DNA of 64,000 nucleotides, taken from sequence record PZ476263.1. One strand, 5' to 3'. The first letter of the stretch is position 1, and each line of letters opens with the position of its first letter. The notes beneath the pieces were generated by a model. The model was not told the DNA's origin, did no database searches, and saw only the letters and a program-made list of their open reading frames with translations. Shown in pieces: positions 38,412 through 48,281 of this stretch. This DNA is from a phage. The position numbers and the translations under genes are program-made.

Positions 38412-39520
38412 TAAATCCCCACACGTTTCAGAGTAGATGCTAAAGTTGTCTTATCATTTTCTGTACGCTTCATATACACGCATTGGAAAATAATAGATGC
38501 CCATTGTCCCGCTGAATATTTACGTGGAATACCCATATGATCAACGTATTCAACACCGTCAGGGAACCAAGTTTTATACTGATCAATGATCGCCATCCAC
38601 ATCGATTTTTCATCAACACAAGGAGAAATAACCTGGAAAGCAGAAGTCTCACCAAATCGAATACCCTCAAATGTCTGATAAGGCTTAACGTTATCCGCAG
38701 AATCCCCAAACAACATTTGGTAACCGAAGAATTTTTTACCCCAACCTTTCACTTTTCCTGATTCCATCCAAATATCCCCCATAGAATCATCAATAAGCCA
38801 AAGCTCAGGATGCTTCCAACTACGTTCAGTAGGATCACGCATTGTATTAAAAAGCAGTGACGGAACCTGTACCTGATCCTTATCAAAGGATGCCACAATA
38901 TGACTGAACTTACCAGTCTTTTTGTAATTTAAATATCCCTTGTATCCAAGCATAGAAAGGTAATCATCTGCCTCGATACCATCGATAACGATAGCCCCAT
39001 ACTTTTTCTGCACATATCGTCGAGTTTCTCCAAGCAGCAAAGGACGAAGAGAATCTTCACGGTTACCTTTATAGATCTCCGGTGTAGGCAATGCCAATCG
39101 GAAGTTACCGCTCCCGCCGAGAACACCAAGGCCGTTTGACGATCCAACGTGCTCAAGTAATGCGTTGATCTTTACTTTCAAGAGATGCAGACAGTTCTCT
39201 ACTGGCTCTGGAGTTTGCTTCTCTATAATTTCAAAGTCATCACGGGTCCAAGGTTTAAATTCCTTACCTTTTGCCACGGCTTTCGCTTCCATGTTGATAT
39301 TCTGATCTTTAAGCCAACCACCAACGACATTTTTCTGTCGGCCCCAAAACTCTGTTTTGTTCTTAAATTCCTTTTCTCGTCCCGTACCTTTATGCCGTGC
39401 AATGATCGTTCGTTTTTCTGCACCTGCGGCAGCTACGAAACACGTTTGATCGAGGTCTAAAGCAACAACAACGTTGTCTTCAACAATGCCTGACCAATCT
39501 TCAACTAATGGATAACCCAT
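38411..39520 (-). CDS. 5'-3' exonuclease / flap endonuclease (T5 D15 / T4 RNase H-like)
   Basis: VVALDLDQ N-terminal acidic cluster and GIEADDYLSMLG (EADD motif); 369 aa. Confidence 0.55.
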   Translation of the reverse strand: MGYPLVEDWSGIVEDNVVVALDLDQTCFVAAAGAEKRTIIARHKGTGREKEFKNKTEFWGRQKNVVGGWLKDQNINMEAKAVAKGKEFKPWTRDDFEIIEKQTPEPVENCLHLLKVKINALLEHVGSSNGLGVLGGSGNFRLALPTPEIYKGNREDSLRPLLLGETRRYVQKKYGAIVIDGIEADDYLSMLGYKGYLNYKKTGKFSHIVASFDKDQVQVPSLLFNTMRDPTERSWKHPELWLIDDSMGDIWMESGKVKGWGKKFFGYQMLFGDSADNVKPYQTFEGIRFGETSAFQVISPCVDEKSMWMAIIDQYKTWFPDGVEYVDHMGIPRKYSAGQWASIIFQCVYMKRTENDKTTLASTLKRVGI

Positions 39521-39700
39521 TTAATCCTCCTTAAGAAATTTTTGCAATACCTTGATAATTTTTTCGCAGCAATCTTTTTCACTAACAATGATCACGTCTG
39601 TTGAATCACCATCATTTTGTAGGATGCTGACATACTTATGACCATTCGGACTTTTTCTTATTTCAATTCGAGTATCACCATAATCTTCATATTCAAACAT
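39521..39700 (-). CDS. hypothetical small protein (59 aa)
   Basis: Hand-translated MFEYEDYGDTRIEIRKSPNGHKYVSILQNDGDSTDVIIVSEKDCCEKIIKVLQKFLKED; fills the gap between two genes. Confidence 0.35.
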   Translation of the reverse strand: MFEYEDYGDTRIEIRKSPNGHKYVSILQNDGDSTDVIIVSEKDCCEKIIKVLQKFLKED

Positions 39701-40209
39701 TAAAACGCCTCCCCATAATCTTCATCATCTTGTTTAGCCTCTGGACGCTTAAATTTAAAATCCGTCCCCATGTATTCGGCAAGATAATCAATATTTAAAG
39801 ACCACTCTTTTTGACTACGCTCTCGCCATACATCAAATTCAGACTTCAAATATTCAATTGCTTCTTCACGAGTGATCCCATTAACTTTCATAAACTGACG
39901 GATCGCTCGTTCAAGTTTACCGTTCTTTTCAGCAAGACCTGGATGATGGAATTCATGACAAGGTGGACAAAGACACATCAAACCAACAAGCTTAACTTCA
40001 TCATTCTCGAATATCCAATCCTCATGACATTCTACCGGATGTTTACGTCCATTGCCACCCTGACCACCACAAATTTGACAGTGATGGTTGTGCTCTGCAT
40101 AACATTTTCGACGAACCTTGTCCCAACCTGCTTGCGTAAGATAAGAACGAAGGTTAGTATTCCAAGCTGTCTTTGGAATTACACAAATCTTGTGCTTAAT
40201 ATTTTTCAT
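39700..40209 (-). CDS. HNH-type zinc-finger nuclease-like protein
   Basis: HHCQICGG...ECHEDW...CLCPPCHEFHH Cys/His pattern. Confidence 0.45.
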   Translation of the reverse strand: MKNIKHKICVIPKTAWNTNLRSYLTQAGWDKVRRKCYAEHNHHCQICGGQGGNGRKHPVECHEDWIFENDEVKLVGLMCLCPPCHEFHHPGLAEKNGKLERAIRQFMKVNGITREEAIEYLKSEFDVWRERSQKEWSLNIDYLAEYMGTDFKFKRPEAKQDDEDYGEAF

Positions 40210-40421
40210 CAGACTTTACCCTCTTGTTTCTTGAATACGATAATGAATAACCCAAAAAGATAGAACAAAGAAACCACTAAAGACGTTACCATCGTGAATC
40301 CAATAGCATCCCGAGCATCATACCCGATACTTAATAAACTGTCAACCAAAACTGAAGGGAAGTAGTAAAGTGATGTTGTTACTATGAAAATGTAAGCTGT
40401 CATGATTGATAAGAATTTCAT
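40209..40421 (-). CDS. hypothetical small membrane protein
   Basis: 70 aa, two hydrophobic helices. Confidence 0.4.
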   Translation of the reverse strand: MKFLSIMTAYIFIVTTSLYYFPSVLVDSLLSIGYDARDAIGFTMVTSLVVSLFYLFGLFIIVFKKQEGKV

Positions 40422-40430
40422 TTTATGTCC

Positions 40431-40772
40431 TCACTTGTTAACTATTGCAAGCATGTTACGCGGCATCTTGATAATGCATGAATCTTCCATATTGAACTGA
40501 TCAAGATAGTCAGATAAAACACAGTAGTGATGCCAATCATAATCACCAAAGAAGATTTCAATCTTTGTGATACGATCAATAACAGGATTATCGCCAACAA
40601 CCTTTTCTAAAAGCAACCCTTCAAAAATATATTCCTTATCTTTGTAAAATGTACAAAGCTTTGATGGGATGTTCATTGCCCAGCGATCACGATTTTCTGA
40701 GTTTTCAAATCTGAACAATCCAACATCTTCAACCATATCAACTGCACGAATTTCAAGAATGATTTCTTTCAT
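40431..40772 (-). CDS. hypothetical protein
   Basis: ORF track, 113 aa. Confidence 0.45.
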   Translation of the reverse strand: MKEIILEIRAVDMVEDVGLFRFENSENRDRWAMNIPSKLCTFYKDKEYIFEGLLLEKVVGDNPVIDRITKIEIFFGDYDWHHYCVLSDYLDQFNMEDSCIIKMPRNMLAIVNK

Positions 40773-41245
40773 TAGTAAAGGTCCTCAGAGTAAAGTTCTT
40801 TCCTGTCCTTAACGACTTCAGGATCGACTTGATTAGCATATGTTGCAATAATCATTGCTTCTTCACGAGTCCAATAATTTGAGTATTGGTCGATAAATCC
40901 TTGGTCGTCACCACAAACATGGCGCGACACAAGTTTACCACTAACTTGATCAATAACTTCAGCCATATCTTTAGAATAATGACGAGCACCAGGAATAACT
41001 AGTGCACCACCATCTTTTAATTTAAAACGATTAGCTGCACAAACAATTATTCGTTGAAACTTCCGATCTTCGTACCAATGAGCGATCTGCCAACAGATTT
41101 CAGGAACATTGTTCAACACATCCTCTTCAGTATATTTAGTAAAATCACCATAAGAATTCAATTTTGCAGCCAAACTTTCTGGAGTCTCGCGTTGCAATGC
41201 TTTATCCAGCAAGGCCAAACGTTCTTCAAATGTTAACTTGGTCAT
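40772..41245 (-). CDS. hypothetical protein
   Basis: ORF track, 157 aa. Confidence 0.45.
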   Translation of the reverse strand: MTKLTFEERLALLDKALQRETPESLAAKLNSYGDFTKYTEEDVLNNVPEICWQIAHWYEDRKFQRIIVCAANRFKLKDGGALVIPGARHYSKDMAEVIDQVSGKLVSRHVCGDDQGFIDQYSNYWTREEAMIIATYANQVDPEVVKDRKELYSEDLY

Positions 41246-41443
41246 TTAGTTTCTCCAATAGATATTTTTGAATTTTTGCATTTTCCAAAGAACTTCAAAA
41301 TACGGCATTGCATAATAAGATATACCATCTTTTGTATACTCTCCGCAGGTACTAAAGCCTTCGGGATATTTTTTAAAGATGTTACCCTTTCTGATCTCTT
41401 CTTCAAGCCACTCAGGATCCGCCCTCAAAAGTTTAAAGTACAT
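41246..41443 (-). CDS. hypothetical protein
   Basis: ORF track, 65 aa. Confidence 0.4.
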   Translation of the reverse strand: MYFKLLRADPEWLEEEIRKGNIFKKYPEGFSTCGEYTKDGISYYAMPYFEVLWKMQKFKNIYWRN

Positions 41444-41454
41444 AGTTCGTCTCC

Positions 41455-41658
41455 TTATCGTTTAATATACTTGGAAGGACATGATCCTGCAAGTGATTTT
41501 CTGACTTCTGCGGAATTTCTTCCATCCGAATAAACACATACCTTTTTATTACCGTCACGATACTCATCTTCTAGGCTCAAGGTTTGAGATCCCTTGCAAT
41601 TGCCAACAAAAAACAATGTCATTGTTGAAACCACTAAAGCAGCTGCTATGTTTTTCAT
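41455..41658 (-). CDS. hypothetical small secreted protein
   Basis: 67 aa; N-terminal signal-like MKNIAAALVVSTMTLFFVGNC. Confidence 0.4.
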   Translation of the reverse strand: MKNIAAALVVSTMTLFFVGNCKGSQTLSLEDEYRDGNKKVCVYSDGRNSAEVRKSLAGSCPSKYIKR

Positions 41659-41725
41659 TTACCCTCTCCTCTTTGATTTGATGGATACATCATATTATAA
41701 AACAAACCTCGTGTCAACACATAAA

Positions 41726-41753
41726 AACAAAAAACCACCCCAAAGGGTGGTCT
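41726..41753 (-). terminator. rho-independent terminator
   Basis: Hairpin accaccc-caaa-gggtggt followed by TTTTTT on the minus strand, just after the stop of 41764..42030. Confidence 0.5.
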
Positions 41754-41763
41754 ATTTTAAAAA

Positions 41764-42030
41764 TCATTCAGTGTAATTTACGTTCTCTTCGTTATCCTGA
41801 ATGTTATCTTTTCGTGGGTTTGGTGTCAGATCCAAATGTGCCAACTTAGTGCCTTCAGGTAAATCATTTAAGCTGTATTCCACATTAACCAGTTGACCCG
41901 TCAGTTCATCCATTTTGTTAGAGATGTAAGCTGCAATTGAACGGCCTTCAAGAGTCGCCAGGTATTTCAGTTTCTGATAAGTAGTGTCGTTGAAATCAAT
42001 ATGCATTTTTATCCCCTTTATTATTTTCAT
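41764..42030 (-). CDS. hypothetical protein
   Basis: ORF track, 88 aa. Confidence 0.4.
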   Translation of the reverse strand: MKIIKGIKMHIDFNDTTYQKLKYLATLEGRSIAAYISNKMDELTGQLVNVEYSLNDLPEGTKLAHLDLTPNPRKDNIQDNEENVNYTE

Positions 42031-42064
42031 TATGCCCCTATCTAAAGGGGCTTGTTAACAATTC

Positions 42065-42295
42065 TTAAGCTAAACGAACATCTTCTGGCGTTGTGTAGAA
42101 ACCATCAACAACTTCCGAGGTTTGAGTTGTAAAGTCAACGATCACATCTTCTTGACCATATTCATTTTCCAAACCAACCACGATACCTTTGTCACCGATG
42201 TTAACACCTGCCAAAAAATATTCATTGTAAATATTTTCTACGTCAGTAGGATCGAAAATTACTTCATCACCCAGTTTCAATTCGCTAAATTGCAT
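42065..42295 (-). CDS. hypothetical protein
   Basis: ORF track, 76 aa. Confidence 0.4.
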   Translation of the reverse strand: MQFSELKLGDEVIFDPTDVENIYNEYFLAGVNIGDKGIVVGLENEYGQEDVIVDFTTQTSEVVDGFYTTPEDVRLA

Positions 42296-42657
42296 TATTC
42301 GTTGTCCTCTTCAACATCATCTTCTTCAAGATTTGCAGGATTGCTACGTCCCATCAGCAGATCAAGTTCATTGAGTTGTTCAATCTTATCTTCCAGTTCA
42401 GCACGTTTCTTCTCGGCTGCATCCTGCTTGTCGTATTCACCATTAATCAGAGTACGCAGATACTTAGGATCAATGTTCAAGTCTTCTTTAGTGATTGCAA
42501 GAATATCTTTCAGGTCTTGAGCTGCATCTTTTTGACGACGAATTGCTTCGACACCTTCTTGAATGATATTAGCCAGGCGTTTACGAGCTTCTACGTCAGA
42601 CGGCAGGGTTTTCAGCAGTTCGATTTTAGATTTAGCCATTTTTAATTTCTCCTTCAT
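42295..42657 (-). CDS. hypothetical coiled-coil protein
   Basis: 120 aa, charged and helical. Confidence 0.45.
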   Translation of the reverse strand: MKEKLKMAKSKIELLKTLPSDVEARKRLANIIQEGVEAIRRQKDAAQDLKDILAITKEDLNIDPKYLRTLINGEYDKQDAAEKKRAELEDKIEQLNELDLLMGRSNPANLEEDDVEEDNE

Positions 42658-42702
42658 TGATTAATATAAGTTAATTATACAGATTATTTAAAACAAGTCA
42701 AC

Positions 42703-43062
42703 TTAATTTTTAAAAGTTTTTTCGATCAGGGCGATAGCTTCTTTCCAGTTAGTTTCATCAACACGAAGACTCATATAATGCTGTTCCGTGTTGTCAACCA
42801 CTTCTTCAGTAACTTCTTCAAAGAATTTAAATTCTTCAGGAAGGATCTCAAAATAATCACCGCCTCCTGAATATGCCCTTTTTATGCTGCCGTTTGGAAA
42901 AACAACTGAACAAACACTACCGTAATCATCTACTAATTCCAAAACTTCGAATTGACCACCATTGTATGCAATCTTTTGAATAAGATCCTCGTTGTGAACT
43001 GAAGCATTTTTAAAATCACGAATAGTGTCGACCTTAAGTTTATATTTCTTTCCGATTTTCAT
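42703..43062 (-). CDS. hypothetical protein
   Basis: ORF track, 119 aa. Confidence 0.45.
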   Translation of the reverse strand: MKIGKKYKLKVDTIRDFKNASVHNEDLIQKIAYNGGQFEVLELVDDYGSVCSVVFPNGSIKRAYSGGGDYFEILPEEFKFFEEVTEEVVDNTEQHYMSLRVDETNWKEAIALIEKTFKN

Positions 43063-43130
43063 CTTCGTTTCCTCTCTTGGTTAAGTGAGGCCATTATGCC
43101 TCACTATTGATACCTTGTCAAATCTTTATT

Positions 43131-43463
43131 TTAAAATTCTTTAAACAAGATCTGCAAGATTGGAACTTCCAATCCTAGCTCGTCAAAGTTAATATCTGAC
43201 ATAAATACCGGAATTGTTCGAGTAATGAAAGAATCCCCGCCTGTATGGACTTTGAGTACCAACATCCCTTTGTACCCCGCCTTAAATTCTTGAACAAATG
43301 GACTTAAAGCACTTACGTAGATAACATGTTTCCCATCTGCAAATTTCTTGTAACGAGTACCTTTTGCCAGACCAGAGATCGGAATACCATCAAAAGTGAT
43401 TGTCGTCATTGTTGGATCGTATGCAATAATCGGACTTGGTTTACTTTGTGATTCTGTGCTCAT
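43131..43463 (-). CDS. hypothetical protein
   Basis: ORF track, 110 aa. Confidence 0.45.
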   Translation of the reverse strand: MSTESQSKPSPIIAYDPTMTTITFDGIPISGLAKGTRYKKFADGKHVIYVSALSPFVQEFKAGYKGMLVLKVHTGGDSFITRTIPVFMSDINFDELGLEVPILQILFKEF

Positions 43464-43476
43464 ATATTATCTCCTC

Positions 43477-43653
43477 TTATCGAACAAACATCTTGCCTTG
43501 GTCACAATAACCATTCTTGATCCCACGCGGCGCACTCAATTCTTTAAGTGCAACACCACCACACTTACAAACTGTACTTTCACGTTCAGATATTTTACGA
43601 TTCTGATCGAACTCTTCACCACACTTAGTGCATTTATAATTATACAGCGGCAT
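43477..43653 (-). CDS. small zinc-ribbon protein (CxxC...CxC)
   Basis: Hand-translated 58-aa ORF MPLYNYKCTKCGEEFDQNRKISERESTVCKCGG...; not in the ORF track. Confidence 0.4.
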   Translation of the reverse strand: MPLYNYKCTKCGEEFDQNRKISERESTVCKCGGVALKELSAPRGIKNGYCDQGKMFVR

Positions 43654-43656
43654 TAC

Positions 43657-44457
43657 TTAAAAACCTCCCAGCTTTGCTTCAAAATATGTCAGCGGCTTCA
43701 TGATCTTGCCATTGCAATCTTTCCAGACTACACGATTAACACCGTTGACTTTCACAACATTACCTTTAACACCAGTATATCGACCCTTGTTACGTTTTTC
43801 AATAAGATCAGATTCCAGTTGAATCATCTCTTCAAGAGCTACATCATTCTCACTGAAATAGAAGTGCTGCTTGTAAAATTCCTTGTTGAATTCTTCAACT
43901 GTAGGAATCTTAGAATCATTAGAGTCAAGGACTTCTTCAAGTGCATCAATATAATCGAAATTAAATTTACGCATGATCTCAATTGTGTTTCGAACAACGC
44001 CGTTCGCCAGTTGTTGTCCAACATAATAAGTAAGAATGCTTAAGTTGTCAAAGATGTCTGAATTTTTCTCTGTGACGTAAGGAAAAATATCATATGGTCC
44101 ATCTTTATAAGTTTCATGCAAGCTTCGAGTTTGAAAATCTGCATAAACAGAAACAACGAAAAGATCACACAGTGCATCAATGACTTCTTTACGATTATTT
44201 TTACTAATGCCGAGTTCGTAAAGCTCATTATATTCTTCTTCTACAAGCTCCCACTGAAAGAGAAGCTCGGATGTGGATAGGGCGTGTTTACCACGCGCTG
44301 CAAAATTCCAATCAATAACACGCTGTGCACATTGAGAAACTTTTTCATTTTCGTCAATCTTTAACAGACTGCTAACAAATTCTTTCTCTTTAGTGTTCAT
44401 TTCTAGGAAATCAAACATCATACTCTCCTCTTTCTTAAGTGCAGGGCCATTATACAT
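43657..44457 (-). CDS. hypothetical protein
   Basis: ORF track, 266 aa. Confidence 0.45.
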   Translation of the reverse strand: MYNGPALKKEESMMFDFLEMNTKEKEFVSSLLKIDENEKVSQCAQRVIDWNFAARGKHALSTSELLFQWELVEEEYNELYELGISKNNRKEVIDALCDLFVVSVYADFQTRSLHETYKDGPYDIFPYVTEKNSDIFDNLSILTYYVGQQLANGVVRNTIEIMRKFNFDYIDALEEVLDSNDSKIPTVEEFNKEFYKQHFYFSENDVALEEMIQLESDLIEKRNKGRYTGVKGNVVKVNGVNRVVWKDCNGKIMKPLTYFEAKLGGF

Positions 44458-44472
44458 GACCCTTTCAATAAA

Positions 44473-44952
44473 TCAATAGTTATTGTAAATATCTTTCGCT
44501 TCTTCTCGTCGAGAATCCATAAGGATCTTTTCTTTAGCCAAAGAATCTTTTTTCAACTTGGCTTTCTTGTCAGATACCTTTTTCTTGATTGCATAGTACA
44601 ATACATCTCTTTCAACGTGGTTCATCCATTCGAGATCACCATTTACAAACAAAGTATCTCTCAAAACACCAGGCCACCTCTCAAAATATGTAACCCTGCT
44701 AGGATTCATAGAATCCACCAAAGTAAATTCCACTTCCCATGTATCAGGTGCATCATCATCTGAGTCTGGATTATCCGTGTAATAACCTGTGTGGATCGTG
44801 AACCAGCCAAGGTCATTGCGAATAGATCCGATTATCTTATCAGCAGGTGCTTTAACCATAATGTACTCGTAAACTTTGCAAATCACAATGTAAATCAGTA
44901 CAAATCCGATAGTAATGAAGATCCCTACAAAATCTGACAAAAACTCAATCAT
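44473..44952 (-). CDS. hypothetical protein with N-terminal transmembrane helix
   Basis: 159 aa; N-terminal hydrophobic IFITIGFVLIYIVICKVY. Confidence 0.45.
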   Translation of the reverse strand: MIEFLSDFVGIFITIGFVLIYIVICKVYEYIMVKAPADKIIGSIRNDLGWFTIHTGYYTDNPDSDDDAPDTWEVEFTLVDSMNPSRVTYFERWPGVLRDTLFVNGDLEWMNHVERDVLYYAIKKKVSDKKAKLKKDSLAKEKILMDSRREEAKDIYNNY

Positions 44953-46322
44953 TTCTTAGTCCTCTTAACCAGCGCTCGTAATGTCTCAAGAAGAGAATCG
45001 GCATGTTCAATAACTTCACCAAGGGTATTCGCTTTAGTCTTATCATGACGGATCTCAACGAACTTATAATTTAGTCGTGGTAAAAACAGAGACTTAAGAT
45101 CCTTATTCTCAGCATCTGTAATATCATTTGCCTTGATCGTGATAATCTGACCAATAAAATATTCCGGTGCTTTCTTACGTAAAGCGTCTGTCAGTCCTGA
45201 ACCTACACCAACTTCCAAAAGACCATCTCGTGTACGGCAAACAAGAGAACCGACAAGCGAAGGATCTTTTTTGTGAGGTAAGGTAGCAACAACCTCAAGA
45301 TCCACGTCGAATTCGTTCTTCAGCTTAATACCTTTCTTAGTCTTATTGTCACCCCAAGGCATGTTTGCCTCTTTCAAGACCGTACCTTCCTTCTTCTGTT
45401 GACGCATCTCGATGAAGTGGTCAATAGCCTCTTCAAGACTATCGATCTGACGACCACGGATCATCTTTAAATGAGAAGACTCATCCACATAGTTGACAAT
45501 ATTTTCAACCTGCTTACGGCGGTCTTTATATTTTTTCTTAGACTTACGTGCAATATACTCGTCCATAGAAACAACATCCCAAACAACCAAGCGTACCAAA
45601 TTAGGATCAATATTTTCAGGATCCTGGTTCAGATAGCCGTTACCGATCTCTCGTGGCTGAACTCCGTGTGGATAAGACAGATCAATAACTAAACCTTCCC
45701 CGTGCATAACAAAAGGACCATCAGAATTGGCTTTTTCTTTCAGGTTTTGCTCAAGTGAAGGAATACACCGGAAATTAAGCTCTTTCCCTGATCGTGAACG
45801 ATAAATGATCTGTTCAGGCCAAACCATAATGTCTGCATAAAGTCCGTCCATCTTCTCGTCGGAGAAAGCGCCCTCATAATCAAACTTGATCAACAGATCC
45901 TCTTTAAAAAGCGTATAACTTTGGTAAGGTGGCTCTGTGATCAGACCTTTCCACACCTTGTTTGTAAGAGTGGTCTGTACACCACAGTCGAGATCACGAT
46001 TTATAACTTTTAACAGAGTTTCCGGCTCAGAGCAAAGCTGAACAGTGTTGATCATTTCTTCACGGGCTGCATAGCCTGTAATTTTTCGACCGCAAACAAA
46101 TTTAACCAGATATCGGATCGAGTCAACAAGACTGTTATTGCCTTGGTGGAATGTTGATTCCATGACTTTCAAGCCACGGACATAAAAATTCAACTCTTTG
46201 GAATAGGTGACTTGGAATACATATTCCAGATCTTTATTATCTCGATTTGCGACCAAGATTGCTTCTTTCTCTTTTGTGGATCGGGTTGCTGCCAGTTGAT
46301 TGATAATATCTGTTACTTTCAT
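44949..46322 (-). CDS. ATP-dependent DNA ligase (T4-like)
   Basis: N-terminus MKVTDIINQLAATRSTKEKEAIL parallels recalled T4 ligase MILKILNEIASIGSTKQKQAIL; adenylation motif EKMDGLYADIMV (KxDG); C-terminal EIRHDKTKANT. Start set to internal Met. Confidence 0.65.
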   Translation of the reverse strand: MKVTDIINQLAATRSTKEKEAILVANRDNKDLEYVFQVTYSKELNFYVRGLKVMESTFHQGNNSLVDSIRYLVKFVCGRKITGYAAREEMINTVQLCSEPETLLKVINRDLDCGVQTTLTNKVWKGLITEPPYQSYTLFKEDLLIKFDYEGAFSDEKMDGLYADIMVWPEQIIYRSRSGKELNFRCIPSLEQNLKEKANSDGPFVMHGEGLVIDLSYPHGVQPREIGNGYLNQDPENIDPNLVRLVVWDVVSMDEYIARKSKKKYKDRRKQVENIVNYVDESSHLKMIRGRQIDSLEEAIDHFIEMRQQKKEGTVLKEANMPWGDNKTKKGIKLKNEFDVDLEVVATLPHKKDPSLVGSLVCRTRDGLLEVGVGSGLTDALRKKAPEYFIGQIITIKANDITDAENKDLKSLFLPRLNYKFVEIRHDKTKANTLGEVIEHADSLLETLRALVKRTKK

Positions 46323-46332
46323 TTTGTCTCCT

Positions 46333-46656
46333 TTATTTTTTAATAACTCGAAGTCTTTTCGCCAACACCCAAGTCCCGCCTTGACTTTCAGGACGATTGA
46401 ACATTTCGATACCTTCCACTTCAACTTCATACCATTTGCGTATTTCTCCCGACTTGAGATTCATACTCAAATGTGGTGCATGAGGTTTCAATGTGCAATG
46501 CCAACCTGGTCTTATTGCAAACCCCCGTGTCGGGTGGTTCTCCGCCTCCATCCAAACATCTGGCTCAATCACCAATTTACGATTGATAAATAATGGTCCT
46601 ATTGTACCATCCTTTCTTACTCGAAACAACTTATATGCTTTGATCTTTTTAATCAT
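46333..46656 (-). CDS. hypothetical protein
   Basis: ORF track, 107 aa. Confidence 0.45.
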   Translation of the reverse strand: MIKKIKAYKLFRVRKDGTIGPLFINRKLVIEPDVWMEAENHPTRGFAIRPGWHCTLKPHAPHLSMNLKSGEIRKWYEVEVEGIEMFNRPESQGGTWVLAKRLRVIKK

Positions 46657-46881
46657 TTAGTTTTTCCTTTTGAGTTTTCCACACAAAGGGCCTTCTTTAT
46701 AATCAGGATTCTCTTCGAAGAATTCCTCATTCTTTAATAGCATAGCGATCATACTTTTACGCAATGTTGAAGATGCCTTCATACCACGATACCAAGCGTC
46801 AAACCAACTCTTTTTAAGTGGGCTTTTATACATCTTAGTAAAGTATTGAGGATGACTTTCATGACTGATCTTGATTCTCAT
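46657..46881 (-). CDS. hypothetical protein
   Basis: ORF track, 74 aa. Confidence 0.4.
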   Translation of the reverse strand: MRIKISHESHPQYFTKMYKSPLKKSWFDAWYRGMKASSTLRKSMIAMLLKNEEFFEENPDYKEGPLCGKLKRKN

Positions 46882-47189
46882 TATACATCACCTGTTGACC
46901 AAAGCAAGTAAAATTTTTCAGGGATAAAATAAAAATCTTCCACAGTACCATCCTCTCTGTTTATGTCTTCATGATAACGACACTTAACCGAATAAACACC
47001 AGGTTTCATTGCCTTAAGATCGTGCTTAGTCATACTCTCAAGAAAGTTATTTTCAAGCAAGGAAGGTGCGATATTTGGTTGTTTAATGATGCACGACTCT
47101 CCGCCGATACCTATTGCAACAATAAACTCGGCATTGTAAGGTGAATCATATACAGGTTTATCACTTTTATTTTTAAGGCAATTGATCAT
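46881..47189 (-). CDS. hypothetical protein
   Basis: ORF track ORF trimmed to internal Met (MINCLKNK) to remove overlap with the upstream gene. Confidence 0.4.
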   Translation of the reverse strand: MINCLKNKSDKPVYDSPYNAEFIVAIGIGGESCIIKQPNIAPSLLENNFLESMTKHDLKAMKPGVYSVKCRYHEDINREDGTVEDFYFIPEKFYLLWSTGDV

Positions 47190-47208
47190 TCCTGCATTAA
47201 GCCATGTT

Positions 47209-47577
47209 TCAGACAGACTTTTTCTTTTTGACGACACGTTTCTTCTCCTTAACCTGTTCAACAGGTTTTCTCTTAGGCTTAGGTTTTGGTTTGTACGGTT
47301 CCTCAGGCTTCTGGTAAAGCCCAAGAACAACTCTTTCTATTGCACTCATAGGAACGGTAGTCATCTTACGTCTCTCTGCGTCAGGGAGCTGTAATTCCCA
47401 CACACCCAACCAATAAGTTAAATCATCTATACGTTCCTGAACCCAAGGGTCTGGTTTCGGAATAGTTAAGAGTCTAACCAACTCTTCTTCGCATGTCAAT
47501 AGACATTCTTTAAGTTTTTCAATAGGTGTATTGAAAACAAAAGCAGTCTTATCAAAAGGCTTCTTCTCTTCTACCAT
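47209..47577 (-). CDS. hypothetical protein with Lys/Pro-rich C-terminus
   Basis: Start set to internal Met (MVEEKKPF) forming an ATGA overlap with the upstream stop; C-terminal KPKPKPKRKP. Confidence 0.4.
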   Translation of the reverse strand: MVEEKKPFDKTAFVFNTPIEKLKECLLTCEEELVRLLTIPKPDPWVQERIDDLTYWLGVWELQLPDAERRKMTTVPMSAIERVVLGLYQKPEEPYKPKPKPKRKPVEQVKEKKRVVKKKKSV

Positions 47578-47807
47578 TACTCCCCCTTTTCTTCTTCCCA
47601 ACCATATTTTCTCATACGCTCTTTGTATTGAGGCCACTTCTTCTCAATCACAGCCTGTGTAATCTCCGCATCCATAGAGACATGAACGTATTCACTATAA
47701 AGCTCGTCAATGTGCTCTACAAGGTCATCGCGTCCCTCTGAACGCAAGAATGCACGGACAGTTGCAATCTTTCGCCCAAGGAGGCACTCTTTGCACTCAC
47801 AAGTCAT
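47577..47807 (-). CDS. hypothetical protein
   Basis: ORF track, 76 aa. Confidence 0.4.
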   Translation of the reverse strand: MTCECKECLLGRKIATVRAFLRSEGRDDLVEHIDELYSEYVHVSMDAEITQAVIEKKWPQYKERMRKYGWEEEKGE

Positions 47808-48106
47808 TCCCCCTCCTTATTTAAAATTAACATATGTTTAAATTTATTTTTTCTTGCATAGATCAAGAGACTCATATCCACACAAGCGATCCTGTCCTTA
47901 TCCCCTGCACAAACCAGAATGAAGTTATCACCGTCTTGTTCCACATTCACAACTTCGAGGTCTGTGTCATGCTTCTCAAGGAGCTTTTCAAGCCAATCAA
48001 ACTGATAGTTTAAATCCACAAGCCATTTATAGTACCGAGGCTTGCTCTGTGCCTTATAGATCTCCTCCATCTTCTCAATAACGTTATCACACATAGTCAA
48101 AGACAT
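47804..48106 (-). CDS. hypothetical protein
   Basis: ORF track, 100 aa. Confidence 0.45.
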   Translation of the reverse strand: MSLTMCDNVIEKMEEIYKAQSKPRYYKWLVDLNYQFDWLEKLLEKHDTDLEVVNVEQDGDNFILVCAGDKDRIACVDMSLLIYARKNKFKHMLILNKEGE

Positions 48107-48122
48107 TTCTTATCTCCCTTTG

Positions 48123-48281
48123 TTATTTATTGTTCTTACGGTCTTTACCAATATCTTGATTGAGGTATCTCACAAGAGAGCAACCCAACCAAATAACGGA
48201 TACCACAAATCCAATCACACATACAGTGTGAAACTCTACAGAGTTCATCCCAAAAGCCACAATGTCGTTAGTACACTCCAT
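48123..48281 (-). CDS. hypothetical small membrane protein (52 aa)
   Basis: Hand-translated MECTNDIVAFGMNSVEFHTVCVIGFVVSVIWLGCSLVRYL...; ATGA overlap with upstream stop. Confidence 0.35.
   Translation of the reverse strand: MECTNDIVAFGMNSVEFHTVCVIGFVVSVIWLGCSLVRYLNQDIGKDRKNNK

Noticed and set aside
39811-40263. 150-aa plus-strand ORF
   Set aside because: Antisense to the HNH-like gene 39700..40209.
43396-44043. 215-aa plus-strand ORF
   Set aside because: Antisense to the co-linear minus-strand genes 43131..43463 and 43657..44457; Ile/Phe/Asn-rich antisense-type composition.
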